Shown: piece by piece, positions 53,725-63,351 of the stretch
Layout of the letters: every line of letters begins with the position of its first letter
How positions within the stretch are numbered: the stretch's first letter is position 1
Source of the DNA: an uncultured Pelagibacteraceae bacterium
GTDB lineage: Bacteria; Pseudomonadota; Alphaproteobacteria; Pelagibacterales; AG-422-B15
Direction of reading: 5' to 3'
NCBI GenBank assembly: GCA_902564295.1
Contig: CACFAO010000004.1
Location: 7,907-71,906, forward strand
DNA: 64,000 nt
Notes under the pieces: model-generated
The model's input: the letters and a program-made list of their open reading frames with translations, nothing else
The model's database searches: none
What the model was told of the DNA's origin: nothing
Made by a program: the position numbers and the translations under genes

Positions 53725-54234
53725 TTGTCAGAAAAACAAGTTACACGAAGAAATTTTCTTTATGTTACCACGGGTGCATTTGCAGCTGCGGGAGCTGCTT
53801 CATTAGCATGGCCTTTTGTTGACCAAATGAATCCTGATGCATCAGTTAAAGCGTTAGCATCAACTGAGATTGATTTAAGGCCCATAATACCTGGACAAAG
53901 CATTACTGTAATGTGGAGGGGTAAACCGGTATTTATTCGAAGGCGAACACAGGCTGAAATTGATGAAGCAAAGAAAGTGAATTTAGCTGATTTACCGCAC
54001 CCAGAAGAAGATAGCGATCGAGCACAAAATCCTGAGTGGCTAGTTATGGTTGGCATTTGTACCCATCTTGGATGTGTGCCGCTTGGACAAAAAGGTGACT
54101 ATAATGGTTGGTTTTGCCCATGTCACGGTTCCCATTACGATACCTCTGGAAGGATAAGAAAAGGTCCTGCACCTACAAATCTTGAAATTCCGGATTATGT
54201 ATTCTTAAACGAAAGTACTATAAAAATTGGATAA
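53725..54234 (+). CDS. petA: Ubiquinol-cytochrome c reductase Rieske Fe-S subunit
   Basis: TTG start. Tat-like RRNFLY, then CTHLGC and CPCHGSHYD cluster-binding boxes. Confidence 0.95.
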   Translation: MSEKQVTRRNFLYVTTGAFAAAGAASLAWPFVDQMNPDASVKALASTEIDLRPIIPGQSITVMWRGKPVFIRRRTQAEIDEAKKVNLADLPHPEEDSDRAQNPEWLVMVGICTHLGCVPLGQKGDYNGWFCPCHGSHYDTSGRIRKGPAPTNLEIPDYVFLNESTIKIG

Positions 54235-54240
54235 AAACGA

Positions 54241-55500
54241 ATGAGCGATAATTACGTACCTAAATCAGCAGTTGGAAAATGGTTTAATGACCGTCTTCCA
54301 CTTTTAAACTTAATTTATGGACATTTACTGCCTTACCCAACTCCTAAAAATCTTAACTATTGGTGGACTTTTGGTGGCATTTTAACTTTTTGTCTTGTTA
54401 CCCAGATTATTACAGGGCTTGTTTTAGCTATGCACTATGTTGCTGATGCTGATTTGGCTTTTGCAAGTGTGGAACACATTATGAGAGATGTTAATTATGG
54501 GTGGTTACTTAGATACATACATTCAAATGGTGCATCTCTGTTCTTTATGGCTGTATATATTCATATGGCAAGATCAATTTTTTATGGATCGTATAAAGAA
54601 CCTAGAGAATTAATCTGGATTATTGGCGTATTCATATTTTTACTCATGATCGCTACTGCCTTTATGGGTTATGTACTTCCGTGGGGCCAAATGAGTTTCT
54701 GGGGAGCAACAGTTATAACAAATTTATTCAGTGCTATACCTTTAGTGGGTGAGTCAGTAACTAATTGGTTATGGGGAGGCTATGCGGTTGGTAGTCCACT
54801 TTTGACTAGATTTTTTACTTTACATTATCTAATGCCATTCCTAATTTTTGCCCTTGTTATACTTCATGTCTGGGCACTACACGTACCAGGTAATAATAAT
54901 CCTGAGGGTATTAATGTTGTACAAGGTTCCCAAGATACAGTGCCTTTCCACCCGCATTATGTCGTTAAAGATATGTTTGCACTTGTAGTATTCCTCATTG
55001 TTTTCGCGGGCTTTGTTTTCTTTGTCCCTAATTTACTTGGACATACTGACAATTATATTGAAGCTAACCCATTACAAACTCCAGAACATATTGTCCCGGA
55101 ATGGTATTTCCTTCCATTCTACGCAATCCTAAGAGCTGTTCCAGATAAGCTGGGTGGAGTAATTTTAATGGTATCTGCAATTGCTATTTTAGCATTTTTA
55201 CCTTGGCTCGATACTTCAAAAGTTAGATCTGCAAAATACAGACCTCTTTACAGACAATTTGTATGGCTTTTCTTTGCAAATGTAATATTGCTTGGTTATC
55301 TAGGGGCTCAGACCGCTGATGGTCTATTTCTGATTATCGGAAGAATAGCAACTGTTTATTATTTTGCCCATTTTATAATTATACTACCATTACTTGGTTA
55401 TATTGAAAAAACTAAACCTTTGCCCAAGAGCTTGAGTGAACCTGTGCTTTCTCCTGAAGAACGACAGATGAAGGCTGCTGCCTCAGGCGCTAGTGCATAG
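54241..55500 (+). CDS. petB: Cytochrome b
   Basis: 419 aa. Contains [30 protein letters not shown] and [13 protein letters not shown]. Confidence 0.97.
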   Translation: MSDNYVPKSAVGKWFNDRLPLLNLIYGHLLPYPTPKNLNYWWTFGGILTFCLVTQIITGLVLAMHYVADADLAFASVEHIMRDVNYGWLLRYIHSNGASLFFMAVYIHMARSIFYGSYKEPRELIWIIGVFIFLLMIATAFMGYVLPWGQMSFWGATVITNLFSAIPLVGESVTNWLWGGYAVGSPLLTRFFTLHYLMPFLIFALVILHVWALHVPGNNNPEGINVVQGSQDTVPFHPHYVVKDMFALVVFLIVFAGFVFFVPNLLGHTDNYIEANPLQTPEHIVPEWYFLPFYAILRAVPDKLGGVILMVSAIAILAFLPWLDTSKVRSAKYRPLYRQFVWLFFANVILLGYLGAQTADGLFLIIGRIATVYYFAHFIIILPLLGYIEKTKPLPKSLSEPVLSPEERQMKAAASGASA

Positions 55501-55510
55501 CAACTGGTAA

Positions 55511-56287
55511 ATGAAGATTAGTACAAATTTATTTGCAACTTTTTTATTGCTCCTTAGTTTCAGCATCACTCAATTACACGCCGCTGGTGAAATGAAAGAA
55601 CCTATGCATCCTGATTGGTCATTTGAAGGACCATTAGGTAAATTTGAGAGAGCGTCACTTCAAAGAGGTTATCAAGTTTATACCGAAGTCTGTTCAGGAT
55701 GTCATTCAATGAACCTTTTAAGTTATAGAAATCTAATTGAAGAGGGTGGCCCTGAATTCAGCGAGCCTCAAGCTAAAGCAATGGCAGCTGCTTTTGAAGT
55801 GAAAGCTGCTCCAAATGCCGATGGAGAAATTGAAATGCGTCCTGCAATATTATCTGACAAGTTTGTTAGCCCGTATGAGAATGAGCAGCAAGGAAGAGCC
55901 GCAAACGGCGGCGCTTATCCCCCGGATTTATCTGTAATGGTTAAGGCACGACATGGTGGAGCTGACTATTTGTACTCTTTATTGTTGGGTTATGTTGATG
56001 CACCAAGTGATATTAAACTCGATGATGGTGTTTATTACAACGAGTACGCAAAAGGTCAAAAAATAGCGATGCCTCAAGTATTGTATGAGGATGCTGTAGT
56101 GTACACAGATGGAACGACTGCAACGCCAGAACAAATGGCTCGTGACGTCACGATGTTTCTTACATGGGCAGCAGAACCAAAGCTAGAGGCGAGAAAAAGA
56201 ATCGGTTTTAAGGTAATTTCATACTTATTAATTCTTTCCGTATTACTCTACTTCACTAATCGACAAATTTGGAAAGATACTCATTAG
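55511..56287 (+). CDS. petC: Cytochrome c1
   Basis: Signal peptide, CSGCHS heme site, the GGAYPPDLS block and a C-terminal TM anchor. Confidence 0.93.
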   Translation: MKISTNLFATFLLLLSFSITQLHAAGEMKEPMHPDWSFEGPLGKFERASLQRGYQVYTEVCSGCHSMNLLSYRNLIEEGGPEFSEPQAKAMAAAFEVKAAPNADGEIEMRPAILSDKFVSPYENEQQGRAANGGAYPPDLSVMVKARHGGADYLYSLLLGYVDAPSDIKLDDGVYYNEYAKGQKIAMPQVLYEDAVVYTDGTTATPEQMARDVTMFLTWAAEPKLEARKRIGFKVISYLLILSVLLYFTNRQIWKDTH

Positions 56288-56300
56288 TCTGTTTTTTAAA

Positions 56301-56321
56301 AATAATTGATTTTCAATTATT
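56301..56321 (+). terminator. AT-only perfect hairpin after petC (possible weak or bidirectional terminator)
   Basis: AATAATTGA-TTT-TCAATTATT, a 9-bp perfect inverted repeat. It is flanked by T6 upstream and A7 downstream and contains one G:C pair. Confidence 0.25.
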
Positions 56322-56355
56322 TAAAAAAATAATTTTAAGTAAATTATCAATATCC

Positions 56356-56364
56356 TTATCCACA
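56356..56364 (+). promoter_or_regulatory. Perfect consensus DnaA box TTATCCACA
   Basis: Exact 9-mer read in the petC-permease spacer. Same-orientation TTATC-type near-boxes flank it at 56344-56352 (TTATCAATA) and 56373-56381 (TTATCGAAC). Confidence 0.3.
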
Positions 56365-56436
56365 GAAACATTTTATCGAACTCGATTACTTCATTTTGGT
56401 AATGTAAATTAAACTCTTACTAAACGGAGGAATTGA

Positions 56437-57726
56437 ATGTTAGAAAATATTTTTAAATTAAAAGAGAACGGTACCAGTGTAAAAACTGAGTTGTTGGCAG
56501 GTTTAGCCACGTTCTTAACAATGGCATATATTATCGTCGTTAATCCAGCCATCTTATCTACTGAGGGAACTGGTATGGATTTTGGGGGTGTATTTGTTGC
56601 CACAATCATAGCTGCTGTAGTTGGCTGTTTAATAATGGGCCTATGGGCTAATTGGCCAATCGCCCTAGCGCCTGGAATGGGTTTAAACGCTTTCTTTGCC
56701 TTTGGAGTTGTATTTGGGATGGGTTATACTTACCAGCAGGCTCTTGCCGCAGTGTTTATTGCAGGGATAGTATTTTTAATTTTATCTGTAACACCAGCAC
56801 GGCAATGGATAATAAATAGCATACCAAAAAGTATGAAGTTTGGCGTAGGGGCGGGAATAGGCTTGTTCTTAGCAATCATAGGATTAAAAAATGCTGGTGT
56901 GGTTGTTGATAATCCCGCAACTTTAGTTGGTTTAGGTGATGTAAGTTCAATGCCTGTAATATTAGCTGCTGTCGGATTCGCAATTATGGCAATTTTAGAT
57001 AAGCGCGGTGTTCCAGGATCAATTATCATCGGTATACTTGCAGTAAGTATTATTGCTTGGGTAAGCGGTGTGAGTGCAATTGATGGAGTTGTGGGATCAG
57101 TTCCACCAGCTGTTCATGCGTTCTCAATGGACTTTAGTCTTGTAGCAACAGCAGGTTTTATTGGTGTCGCGTTTGCTTTTCTTTTTGTAGACTTTTTCGA
57201 TACTGCTGGAACTCTTACTTCAGTTGCTAATTTAACTGGTAAAGTTGACCAAGACGGAAACGTTGATGGGATAGGTAGAGCAGTTTTAGCAGACTCCACC
57301 GCTACAACAATAGGTGCATTAGTTGGAACTTCCAATACTACATCATACATTGAATCTGGAGCTGGTGTTAAAGAAGGTGGGCGAACAGGACTTACAGCAG
57401 TTGCTGTAGCAGTTCTTTTTGCAATCTGTTTATTTTTAGCACCATTAGCTCAAAGTATTCCTGCATTTGCAACTGCTCCAGCTCTAGTCTTTGTTGCAAC
57501 ATTCTTTTTGAAAAACTTAAGGGATATTGAATGGGATGATGTCAGTGAATACGCTCCAGCAGTGTTAGCGGCAGTTTTGATGCCTCTTACATTTAGTATT
57601 GCTCATGGAATTGCACTTGGTTTTATAGCATACGTTGTAATTAAGGCACTAAGTGGTAGACACGAGGATTTGAATGCTGGTTCGATAGTAATTGGAGTAT
57701 TATCGGTTCTATACTTTATCTTCTAG
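56437..57726 (+). CDS. NCS2/AzgA-family purine (adenine/guanine/hypoxanthine) permease
   Basis: 429 aa polytopic protein. FKLKENGTSVKTELLAGLATFLTMAYIIVVNP start is typical of the AzgA/PurP family, as is SYIESGAGV. Confidence 0.85.
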   Translation: MLENIFKLKENGTSVKTELLAGLATFLTMAYIIVVNPAILSTEGTGMDFGGVFVATIIAAVVGCLIMGLWANWPIALAPGMGLNAFFAFGVVFGMGYTYQQALAAVFIAGIVFLILSVTPARQWIINSIPKSMKFGVGAGIGLFLAIIGLKNAGVVVDNPATLVGLGDVSSMPVILAAVGFAIMAILDKRGVPGSIIIGILAVSIIAWVSGVSAIDGVVGSVPPAVHAFSMDFSLVATAGFIGVAFAFLFVDFFDTAGTLTSVANLTGKVDQDGNVDGIGRAVLADSTATTIGALVGTSNTTSYIESGAGVKEGGRTGLTAVAVAVLFAICLFLAPLAQSIPAFATAPALVFVATFFLKNLRDIEWDDVSEYAPAVLAAVLMPLTFSIAHGIALGFIAYVVIKALSGRHEDLNAGSIVIGVLSVLYFIF

Positions 57727-57731
57727 TTTAG

Positions 57732-58178
57732 TTAATGATTGGCTTTGTCTTCCTCATCCCAGGGGAAGACAGGCCAAGTTTCTTGTGTAATTTCCTCGAC
57801 ATATGTATCAGCTAGAGGCAGACCTCTTGGTTTCGCATATATTACAGCTAAGTGCATATTAGGCATGTACTCCTTTAGCGCTTTAGCGGTACCACCTTTG
57901 TCTACAATATCATCTATTACGAGCACAACCTCATCAGTTTTCGGAGCTCTATGAACAATTGCTTTTCCAGCCTCTCTATGGATATAGCTTTGTATTGAAA
58001 CAATATCTACATCCTGGATTCCAAGAGTGTAAGCCACAACTGAAGCAGGTACAAATCCACCTCGAGAGACAACAACCATTTTGTCAAATTTAATATTTTT
58101 TTCTTTTATGAGATGCGCAAGCTTAACTGCTTTTTCGTGCATCTCTTCATATGAAGGAAATTTTAGTTGATGGTCCAT
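57732..58178 (-). CDS. gpt: Xanthine-guanine phosphoribosyltransferase
   Basis: 148 aa. PRPP-binding loop VLVIDDIVDKGGTA. It is convergent with the purine permease. Confidence 0.8.
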   Translation of the reverse strand: MDHQLKFPSYEEMHEKAVKLAHLIKEKNIKFDKMVVVSRGGFVPASVVAYTLGIQDVDIVSIQSYIHREAGKAIVHRAPKTDEVVLVIDDIVDKGGTAKALKEYMPNMHLAVIYAKPRGLPLADTYVEEITQETWPVFPWDEEDKANH

Positions 58179-58180
58179 GG

Positions 58181-59269
58181 TTAATTATTAAATAAAAAAT
58201 GCATTACATCACCATCTTGTACTACATAATCCTTGCCTTCGCTACGCATCTTTCCAAGTTCTTTAGCTTTTAACTCTCCTTCACAATCTAAATAGTCTGT
58301 ATATGAAATAGTTTCAGCTCTAATGAAGCCTTTCTCAAAGTCTGTATGGATTTTTCCTGCAGCTTTTGGTGCGGTAGTACCATTTTCAATCGTCCACGCC
58401 CTAGTCTCTTGTTCGCCGGCTGTAAAATAAGTAATTAAGTTTAGAGTCGAATATCCAGCTTTTATAACCTTATTCAAGCCAGACTCGTCTAATCCTAGAC
58501 TTTCAAGGTAATCCTTTTGATCGTCTTCATTTAAAGAAGAGATTTGCGACTCAATTTCTGCTGAAATCTTTATTAATTTAGAATTCAGAAAATTTTCTAT
58601 TTTTAAAGTTAGGTCATTACCTTCAATTATTGAATTTTCATCAACATTACATACGTAAATTGTTGGCTTGATTGTTATTAAGTTGAACTCTTTTATATGA
58701 GCGAAGATTTCTTTTAAATTCTGCATTAAAATAGCAGGCTGACCTGATTCCAAGTGTTTAAGTAGAAGGGTCAAAGCCTCTGTTTTTAATTTGGCTTCTT
58801 TATCACCTTTTTTTACTAGTTTATCTAGTCCTTTATTTATTTTTTCGAGTTGTTCGATGTCGGATAGAACTAATTCAGTATTTATCGTTTCAATATCATC
58901 AACAGGATCTATTTTATTGTTAACATGAGTAATATTAGTATCTTCAAAACAGCGAACCACATGGATAACTGCATCTACTTCTCTAATATGAGATAAAAAT
59001 TTATTTCCTAGTCCCTCTCCTTTAGAAGCACCTTTAACTAAACCCGCTATATCGTAAAAACTAAGAGATGTTGGTATTGTTTTTTTTGATTTCGCTAAAT
59101 TTGATAGAGTTTCTACTCTTGTATCGGGCACTATTACAGTACCCTCATTTGGTTCAATGGTACAAAAAGGGTAGTTTGCTGCTTCAGCAGCTATTTTCTT
59201 TGTTAATGCGTTAAACAATGTTGATTTCCCAACATTTGGCAATCCAACAATTCCACACTTAAATCCCAT
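58181..59269 (-). CDS. ychF: Ribosome-binding ATPase YchF (Obg-like)
   Basis: 362 aa. Contains GIVGLPNVGKSTLFNAL, the DIAGLVKGASKGEGLGN block and the C-terminal TGS-like region (VVQDGDVMHFLFN). Confidence 0.95.
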   Translation of the reverse strand: MGFKCGIVGLPNVGKSTLFNALTKKIAAEAANYPFCTIEPNEGTVIVPDTRVETLSNLAKSKKTIPTSLSFYDIAGLVKGASKGEGLGNKFLSHIREVDAVIHVVRCFEDTNITHVNNKIDPVDDIETINTELVLSDIEQLEKINKGLDKLVKKGDKEAKLKTEALTLLLKHLESGQPAILMQNLKEIFAHIKEFNLITIKPTIYVCNVDENSIIEGNDLTLKIENFLNSKLIKISAEIESQISSLNEDDQKDYLESLGLDESGLNKVIKAGYSTLNLITYFTAGEQETRAWTIENGTTAPKAAGKIHTDFEKGFIRAETISYTDYLDCEGELKAKELGKMRSEGKDYVVQDGDVMHFLFNN

Positions 59270-59275
59270 GATAGA

Positions 59276-59830
59276 TTATTTTAAATTATTAATAAATTTA
59301 GATTTTTCTCCATCCAATAATATTTTTATATTTTCAGACATTTTTATATTTAATTCATTAATAACTTCTAACTCACTTATTTTAAAATTACTTAGTACAT
59401 GTTTATTAACCATTTCTTTATTGCCTGGATGATTTATACCTATTCTTATTCTATTATAACTTTTTCCAATGTTACTATCTATTGATTTGAGCCCATTATG
59501 ACCTGCGGAAGAACCTCCCAACTTGATTTTTATTTTTCCTAAAGTGATATCTAGATCATCATGAATAACATAAGTTAAATTTGATTTAATTTTGAAAAAG
59601 TTTAAAAAAGTTGCAATACTTTTGCCACACTCATTCATATAATTATTGGATTTAAAGGTGTATATTTTTTTCTTTCCGATAGGAAACGATGCCAACTCCC
59701 CATCAAATTTCTTTTCTCTCATTACATCATCATGATCTTGTAAAAGCTGATCGATAAATAAATAGCCCACATTATGTCTATTATTTTTATGCTTTGTGCC
59801 AGGATTCCCTAATCCGATTAATGCAATCAT
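59276..59830 (-). CDS. pth: Peptidyl-tRNA hydrolase
   Basis: 184 aa. Contains LIGLGNPG, the NRHNVGY block and GGSSAGHNGLKSI. Confidence 0.95.
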   Translation of the reverse strand: MIALIGLGNPGTKHKNNRHNVGYLFIDQLLQDHDDVMREKKFDGELASFPIGKKKIYTFKSNNYMNECGKSIATFLNFFKIKSNLTYVIHDDLDITLGKIKIKLGGSSAGHNGLKSIDSNIGKSYNRIRIGINHPGNKEMVNKHVLSNFKISELEVINELNIKMSENIKILLDGEKSKFINNLK

Positions 59831-59875
59831 ATGATTGAAGATATATAAATATCAAAATAGGTAAAAGAAAAAGTG

Positions 59876-60577
59876 TTATTCTTTATCTTTGTTTTCTTCT
59901 TTGTTATCAGCCTCTGGAGCTGCATCTTTTTTATCTTCAGCAGTGGCACCGCCCTCAGTAGCTTCACCTTCAGCAGCCTCACCTTCTGCAGGGGCTTCAG
60001 GTTCTTTTACAACAGTAGGTGCAGCAACAGATGCTACAGTGAAATCTCTATCACTAATTGTTGGAGAAATTCCATCACCTAAATTTGCTGCAGAAATTCT
60101 GATTGTGTCACCTATTTCTAAACCCTCTAGATCAAAAACTATCTCTTCAGGTATATTATTAGCAGGGCAACTTAGTTGAACAGTACGTCTATTAACATTC
60201 AGAACCCCGCCTCGTTTTAATCCAGGTGATAACTCTTCATTTATAAACCTAGTAGGAATGTCTAGAGTAATTTTTGAGTCTGCAGCTAGTCTTAAAAAAT
60301 CAATGTGTATAGGTTGATCAGAAAGTGGATCAAATTGAACCTCTCTTGGAATTGCTAAGCTTTTCTTTCCATCAATGTTAAGTGAAAATATTCTAGTTAG
60401 GAAACCACCAGAATTGATCTCTTTTTGAACTGTAATCTTATCTAATGAAATATTTACAGGGTTTTCACCTAAACCATACATAACCGAAGGAATCTTACCT
60501 GCAGCTAGTACTTTTTTTACAGCGGATTTACCTGATCCATCCCTGATTTCAGCGTTTAAATTACTTTCTTTGCTCAT
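59876..60577 (-). CDS. rplY: Ribosomal protein L25 / general stress protein Ctc, with an acidic Ala/Glu-rich C-terminal tail
   Basis: 233 aa with a two-domain Ctc-type L25 (GKIPSVMYG, HIDFLR). The tail is EPEAPAEGEAAEGEATEGGATAEDKKDAAPEADNKEENKDKE. Confidence 0.9.
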   Translation of the reverse strand: MSKESNLNAEIRDGSGKSAVKKVLAAGKIPSVMYGLGENPVNISLDKITVQKEINSGGFLTRIFSLNIDGKKSLAIPREVQFDPLSDQPIHIDFLRLAADSKITLDIPTRFINEELSPGLKRGGVLNVNRRTVQLSCPANNIPEEIVFDLEGLEIGDTIRISAANLGDGISPTISDRDFTVASVAAPTVVKEPEAPAEGEAAEGEATEGGATAEDKKDAAPEADNKEENKDKE

Positions 60578-60628
60578 AACGATGAAGATGGTATTAAATT
60601 AAAATTAACTATATGGCAAGTATATAAA

Positions 60629-61564
60629 TTAAAATTCAAATAGACTTGATACTGAGCTCGCCTCGGATATCCTCTTAATTGCCTCACCCAATAAATCTGA
60701 GATACTAATCGACCTAATTTTCTCACAAGCTTTTAATTTTTCCTGATTATTGATTGAGTCTGTAATTACTAGTTCAGTCAATTTTGATGCACTTATTTTT
60801 TCTAAGGCCTTACCTGTTAATACTCCGTGCGTAACATAAGAAGTGATACTATTAGCACCTAAATCTATAATTTTGTCAGCTGCATTACAAATTGTTCCTG
60901 CTGAGTCAATGATATCATCTAGAATAATACAATCCTTTCCTTTTACGTCTCCAATTATATTCATTACCTCACTTTCACCTGCTCTAGGTCTTCTTTTATC
61001 AACAATAGCAATTGAGGCTCCGATCTTATTTGCAATCGCTCTTGCCCTCACAACTCCACCAATATCAGGAGAAACTGCAACTAGATTACTAATTTCATAT
61101 TTTTCTTTTATGTCTTTTGAAAATACTGGACCTGCAAATAAATTATCTGTTGGTATGTCAAAAAATCCCTGTATCTGTTCAGCATGAAGATCTAAAGTAA
61201 GTACTCTGTCTGCACCAGCAGTTGTTATTAAATTTGCAACTAATTTTGCTGAGATTGGGGTTCTTGGCCCTGGTTTTCTATCTTGACGTGCATATCCATA
61301 ATAAGGGATCACAGCAGTAATCCTTTTTGCTGAAGCTCTTTTAAGTGCATCTATCATCACCAGTAGTTCCATTATATTGTCATTCGCTGGGTAAGATAGA
61401 GACTCCATCACGAATACATCCTCACCACGAATGTTCTCTTTAATTTCTACATAAACTTCGTCATCAGCAAATCTTGTAATAGAAGCATTTGTGAGGTTTT
61501 CGCCAAGATATTCTGCGACACTCTTAGATAAAGGTAAATTGCTGTTTCCTGCAATAATTCTCAT
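60629..61564 (-). CDS. prs: Ribose-phosphate pyrophosphokinase
   Basis: 311 aa. Contains [21 protein letters not shown] and [11 protein letters not shown]. Confidence 0.96.
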   Translation of the reverse strand: MRIIAGNSNLPLSKSVAEYLGENLTNASITRFADDEVYVEIKENIRGEDVFVMESLSYPANDNIMELLVMIDALKRASAKRITAVIPYYGYARQDRKPGPRTPISAKLVANLITTAGADRVLTLDLHAEQIQGFFDIPTDNLFAGPVFSKDIKEKYEISNLVAVSPDIGGVVRARAIANKIGASIAIVDKRRPRAGESEVMNIIGDVKGKDCIILDDIIDSAGTICNAADKIIDLGANSITSYVTHGVLTGKALEKISASKLTELVITDSINNQEKLKACEKIRSISISDLLGEAIKRISEASSVSSLFEF

Positions 61565-61567
61565 AAT

Positions 61568-62323
61568 TTATCTGTCTTTTATAACAATTGTTGAAATCAT
61601 TCTACCATAATCGGTTATATTTTTTTTATAATTTCTTCGATAGCTAAAACATAATGTTTCTTCGCTGAAAGTATCGACATCAACAATCTCGTGGTTAGTA
61701 ATTTGCTCATCAGAAAGTATCTTGAGAATGAATTCAGTAAGCGAAAACAGATATCTATTATTATAATTTTTTTGAAAAAATCTTGCATTATCTTGATCTT
61801 GTTTAATAAAGTTTTTGTAAAAAGGTAATCTTACCTCATAGGATTTTTGTCTTATACATGGGCCAATACTGCAGCGTATATTATCTCTCTTTCCGCCCAG
61901 CTTGGTTATTTGTAAAATTGTATTTTGAATTATGCCATTCAAGGCACCTTTCCAGCCTGCATGACAAGCTCCTATTATTTCATTTTTCACTTCATAAAAT
62001 AATAATGGAGCACAATCAGCCGTTAATACTGATAAGATTTTATTATTTTCTTTAGTTACAATCCCGTCACATTTTAAAATTTCAGACTTATTGCTGCTAT
62101 CTAAAACTATTGCATTAGAAGAGTGTGTTTGATGCATAGTAATAATATCAGACTTTTTTAAACCGTAATATCTAGAAATAGCGACTAAATTTTCTTCAAT
62201 AGCACCATTCTCATCTTTTGATCCTTTTCCACAATTTAATGATTTATATCTTCCTTGCGAAACACCACCCAATCTTGAAAAGAAACAATGATCTATATTT
62301 GAGAGATTTTTTGTAAAAAACAT
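61568..62323 (-). CDS. YfiH/PgeF laccase-domain protein (purine nucleoside-processing / peptidoglycan editing family)
   Basis: 251 aa. Contains MHQTHS, TADCAPLLF, CHAGWKGAL and GPCI motifs. Confidence 0.85.
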   Translation of the reverse strand: MFFTKNLSNIDHCFFSRLGGVSQGRYKSLNCGKGSKDENGAIEENLVAISRYYGLKKSDIITMHQTHSSNAIVLDSSNKSEILKCDGIVTKENNKILSVLTADCAPLLFYEVKNEIIGACHAGWKGALNGIIQNTILQITKLGGKRDNIRCSIGPCIRQKSYEVRLPFYKNFIKQDQDNARFFQKNYNNRYLFSLTEFILKILSDEQITNHEIVDVDTFSEETLCFSYRRNYKKNITDYGRMISTIVIKDR

Positions 62324-63351
62324 TAAATATTAATTTCCAAAACTTTAAATAAATTTCCCATATATTCTCTTTTGGTAAGTATTGCCAACTGTTCGTTTAT
62401 TTGCCTTTCTTTCTTTGGGTTTTTCTTAATTAAGATACTAGCTCGATCTAAAATTCCATTTTGCCGAAGGAAATTAGATTGAGTATTTATTATAAAGTCA
62501 TCAATTTTATTTTCTTCTAAAATATTTTTCAGGTTATTAAAGTCTACATGATATGTGATATCTTGATTACCTGGATTATCAAGAAAATCAGTTTTTTTAT
62601 TTGATTTAATTGACTGAAGTGTGCTTATCTTCGGCAGATTAATATATCCATAATCAATAAGTAAGAAAAAACCATTATTCATAAGCAAGAAATTGATCAA
62701 TTCCCGAAAGATTAAATTAGTCTCAGGAGAAAATTCAATTACCTCAAGATGTTCGAGGTCTTGCATATTTTTTACGAATTTAAAAATATCTGGTCTCGGC
62801 TTAATAAAGTCAAATCTTAGACTATTCTTTTGATCCAATTTAATAACCGTTTCACAAATATTTCCGTTCCTACTCATTAATTGGCGCGTAGGTATTGCAT
62901 CAAAAAACTCATTTGCAATTATTACTGAAAATTCATTGGGATATGAATTGAAATTTTTATGTATCTTACAATTTGGATAGTTATTTTTTAGATTTTGAAT
63001 ATAAAATTTATTAATTTCATTAAAGTGAATTGTATACTCGACACCCTCATCTAATAAAGCATTGAGTACTCTGGTAATATCGTTTATTAGAGCGCCTCTT
63101 CCTGGTCCAAGTTCAATTAAATTAAACTTTCTTATGTTTCTTGCATGAATGAGGTTTAATATTTTTACAGCAATTATTTCACCAAACATTTGAGATATTT
63201 CAGGTGCAGTAACAAAATCTCCATCTTTGCCTATAGCTTTGTTAGACGTATAGTATCCATGCTCTTCATCTCTTAACGAAATATTCATAAAATCATCTAA
63301 ATAGAGAAATGCTCTTTCTTTTAAAGCATCGTAAATTTTATCTTGTATCAT
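62323..63351 (-). CDS. DUF185 SAM-dependent methyltransferase (MidA / NDUFAF7 homologue)
   Basis: 342 aa. Contains GDFVTAPEISQMFGE, LIELGPGRGAL, ANEFFDA and DYGY motifs. Confidence 0.8.
   Translation of the reverse strand: MIQDKIYDALKERAFLYLDDFMNISLRDEEHGYYTSNKAIGKDGDFVTAPEISQMFGEIIAVKILNLIHARNIRKFNLIELGPGRGALINDITRVLNALLDEGVEYTIHFNEINKFYIQNLKNNYPNCKIHKNFNSYPNEFSVIIANEFFDAIPTRQLMSRNGNICETVIKLDQKNSLRFDFIKPRPDIFKFVKNMQDLEHLEVIEFSPETNLIFRELINFLLMNNGFFLLIDYGYINLPKISTLQSIKSNKKTDFLDNPGNQDITYHVDFNNLKNILEENKIDDFIINTQSNFLRQNGILDRASILIKKNPKKERQINEQLAILTKREYMGNLFKVLEINI

Noticed and set aside
56288-56436. Possible replication origin: an AT-only tract with a palindrome, plus a perfect DnaA box and two near-boxes.
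   Set aside because: There is only one exact box and the spacer is just 149 bp. Flanking genes do not diverge from it: petABC and the permease read through it in the same direction, and the genes to the right run towards it. None of the hemE-type origin-linked genes known from Alphaproteobacteria is present. It is kept only as a possible DnaA-dependent regulatory site.
56288-56436. Purine riboswitch upstream of the purine permease.
   Set aside because: I could not find the conserved purine-riboswitch core (the three-way junction with paired loop sequences), nor any G:C-supported stems in this leader. An Rfam RF00167 scan would be decisive.
53725-57726. Locally higher G+C in petABC and the permease as a hint of horizontal transfer.
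   Set aside because: It is explained by the Gly/Ala/Val/Trp-rich composition of conserved membrane proteins. Codon style and tight packing match the rest of the window.
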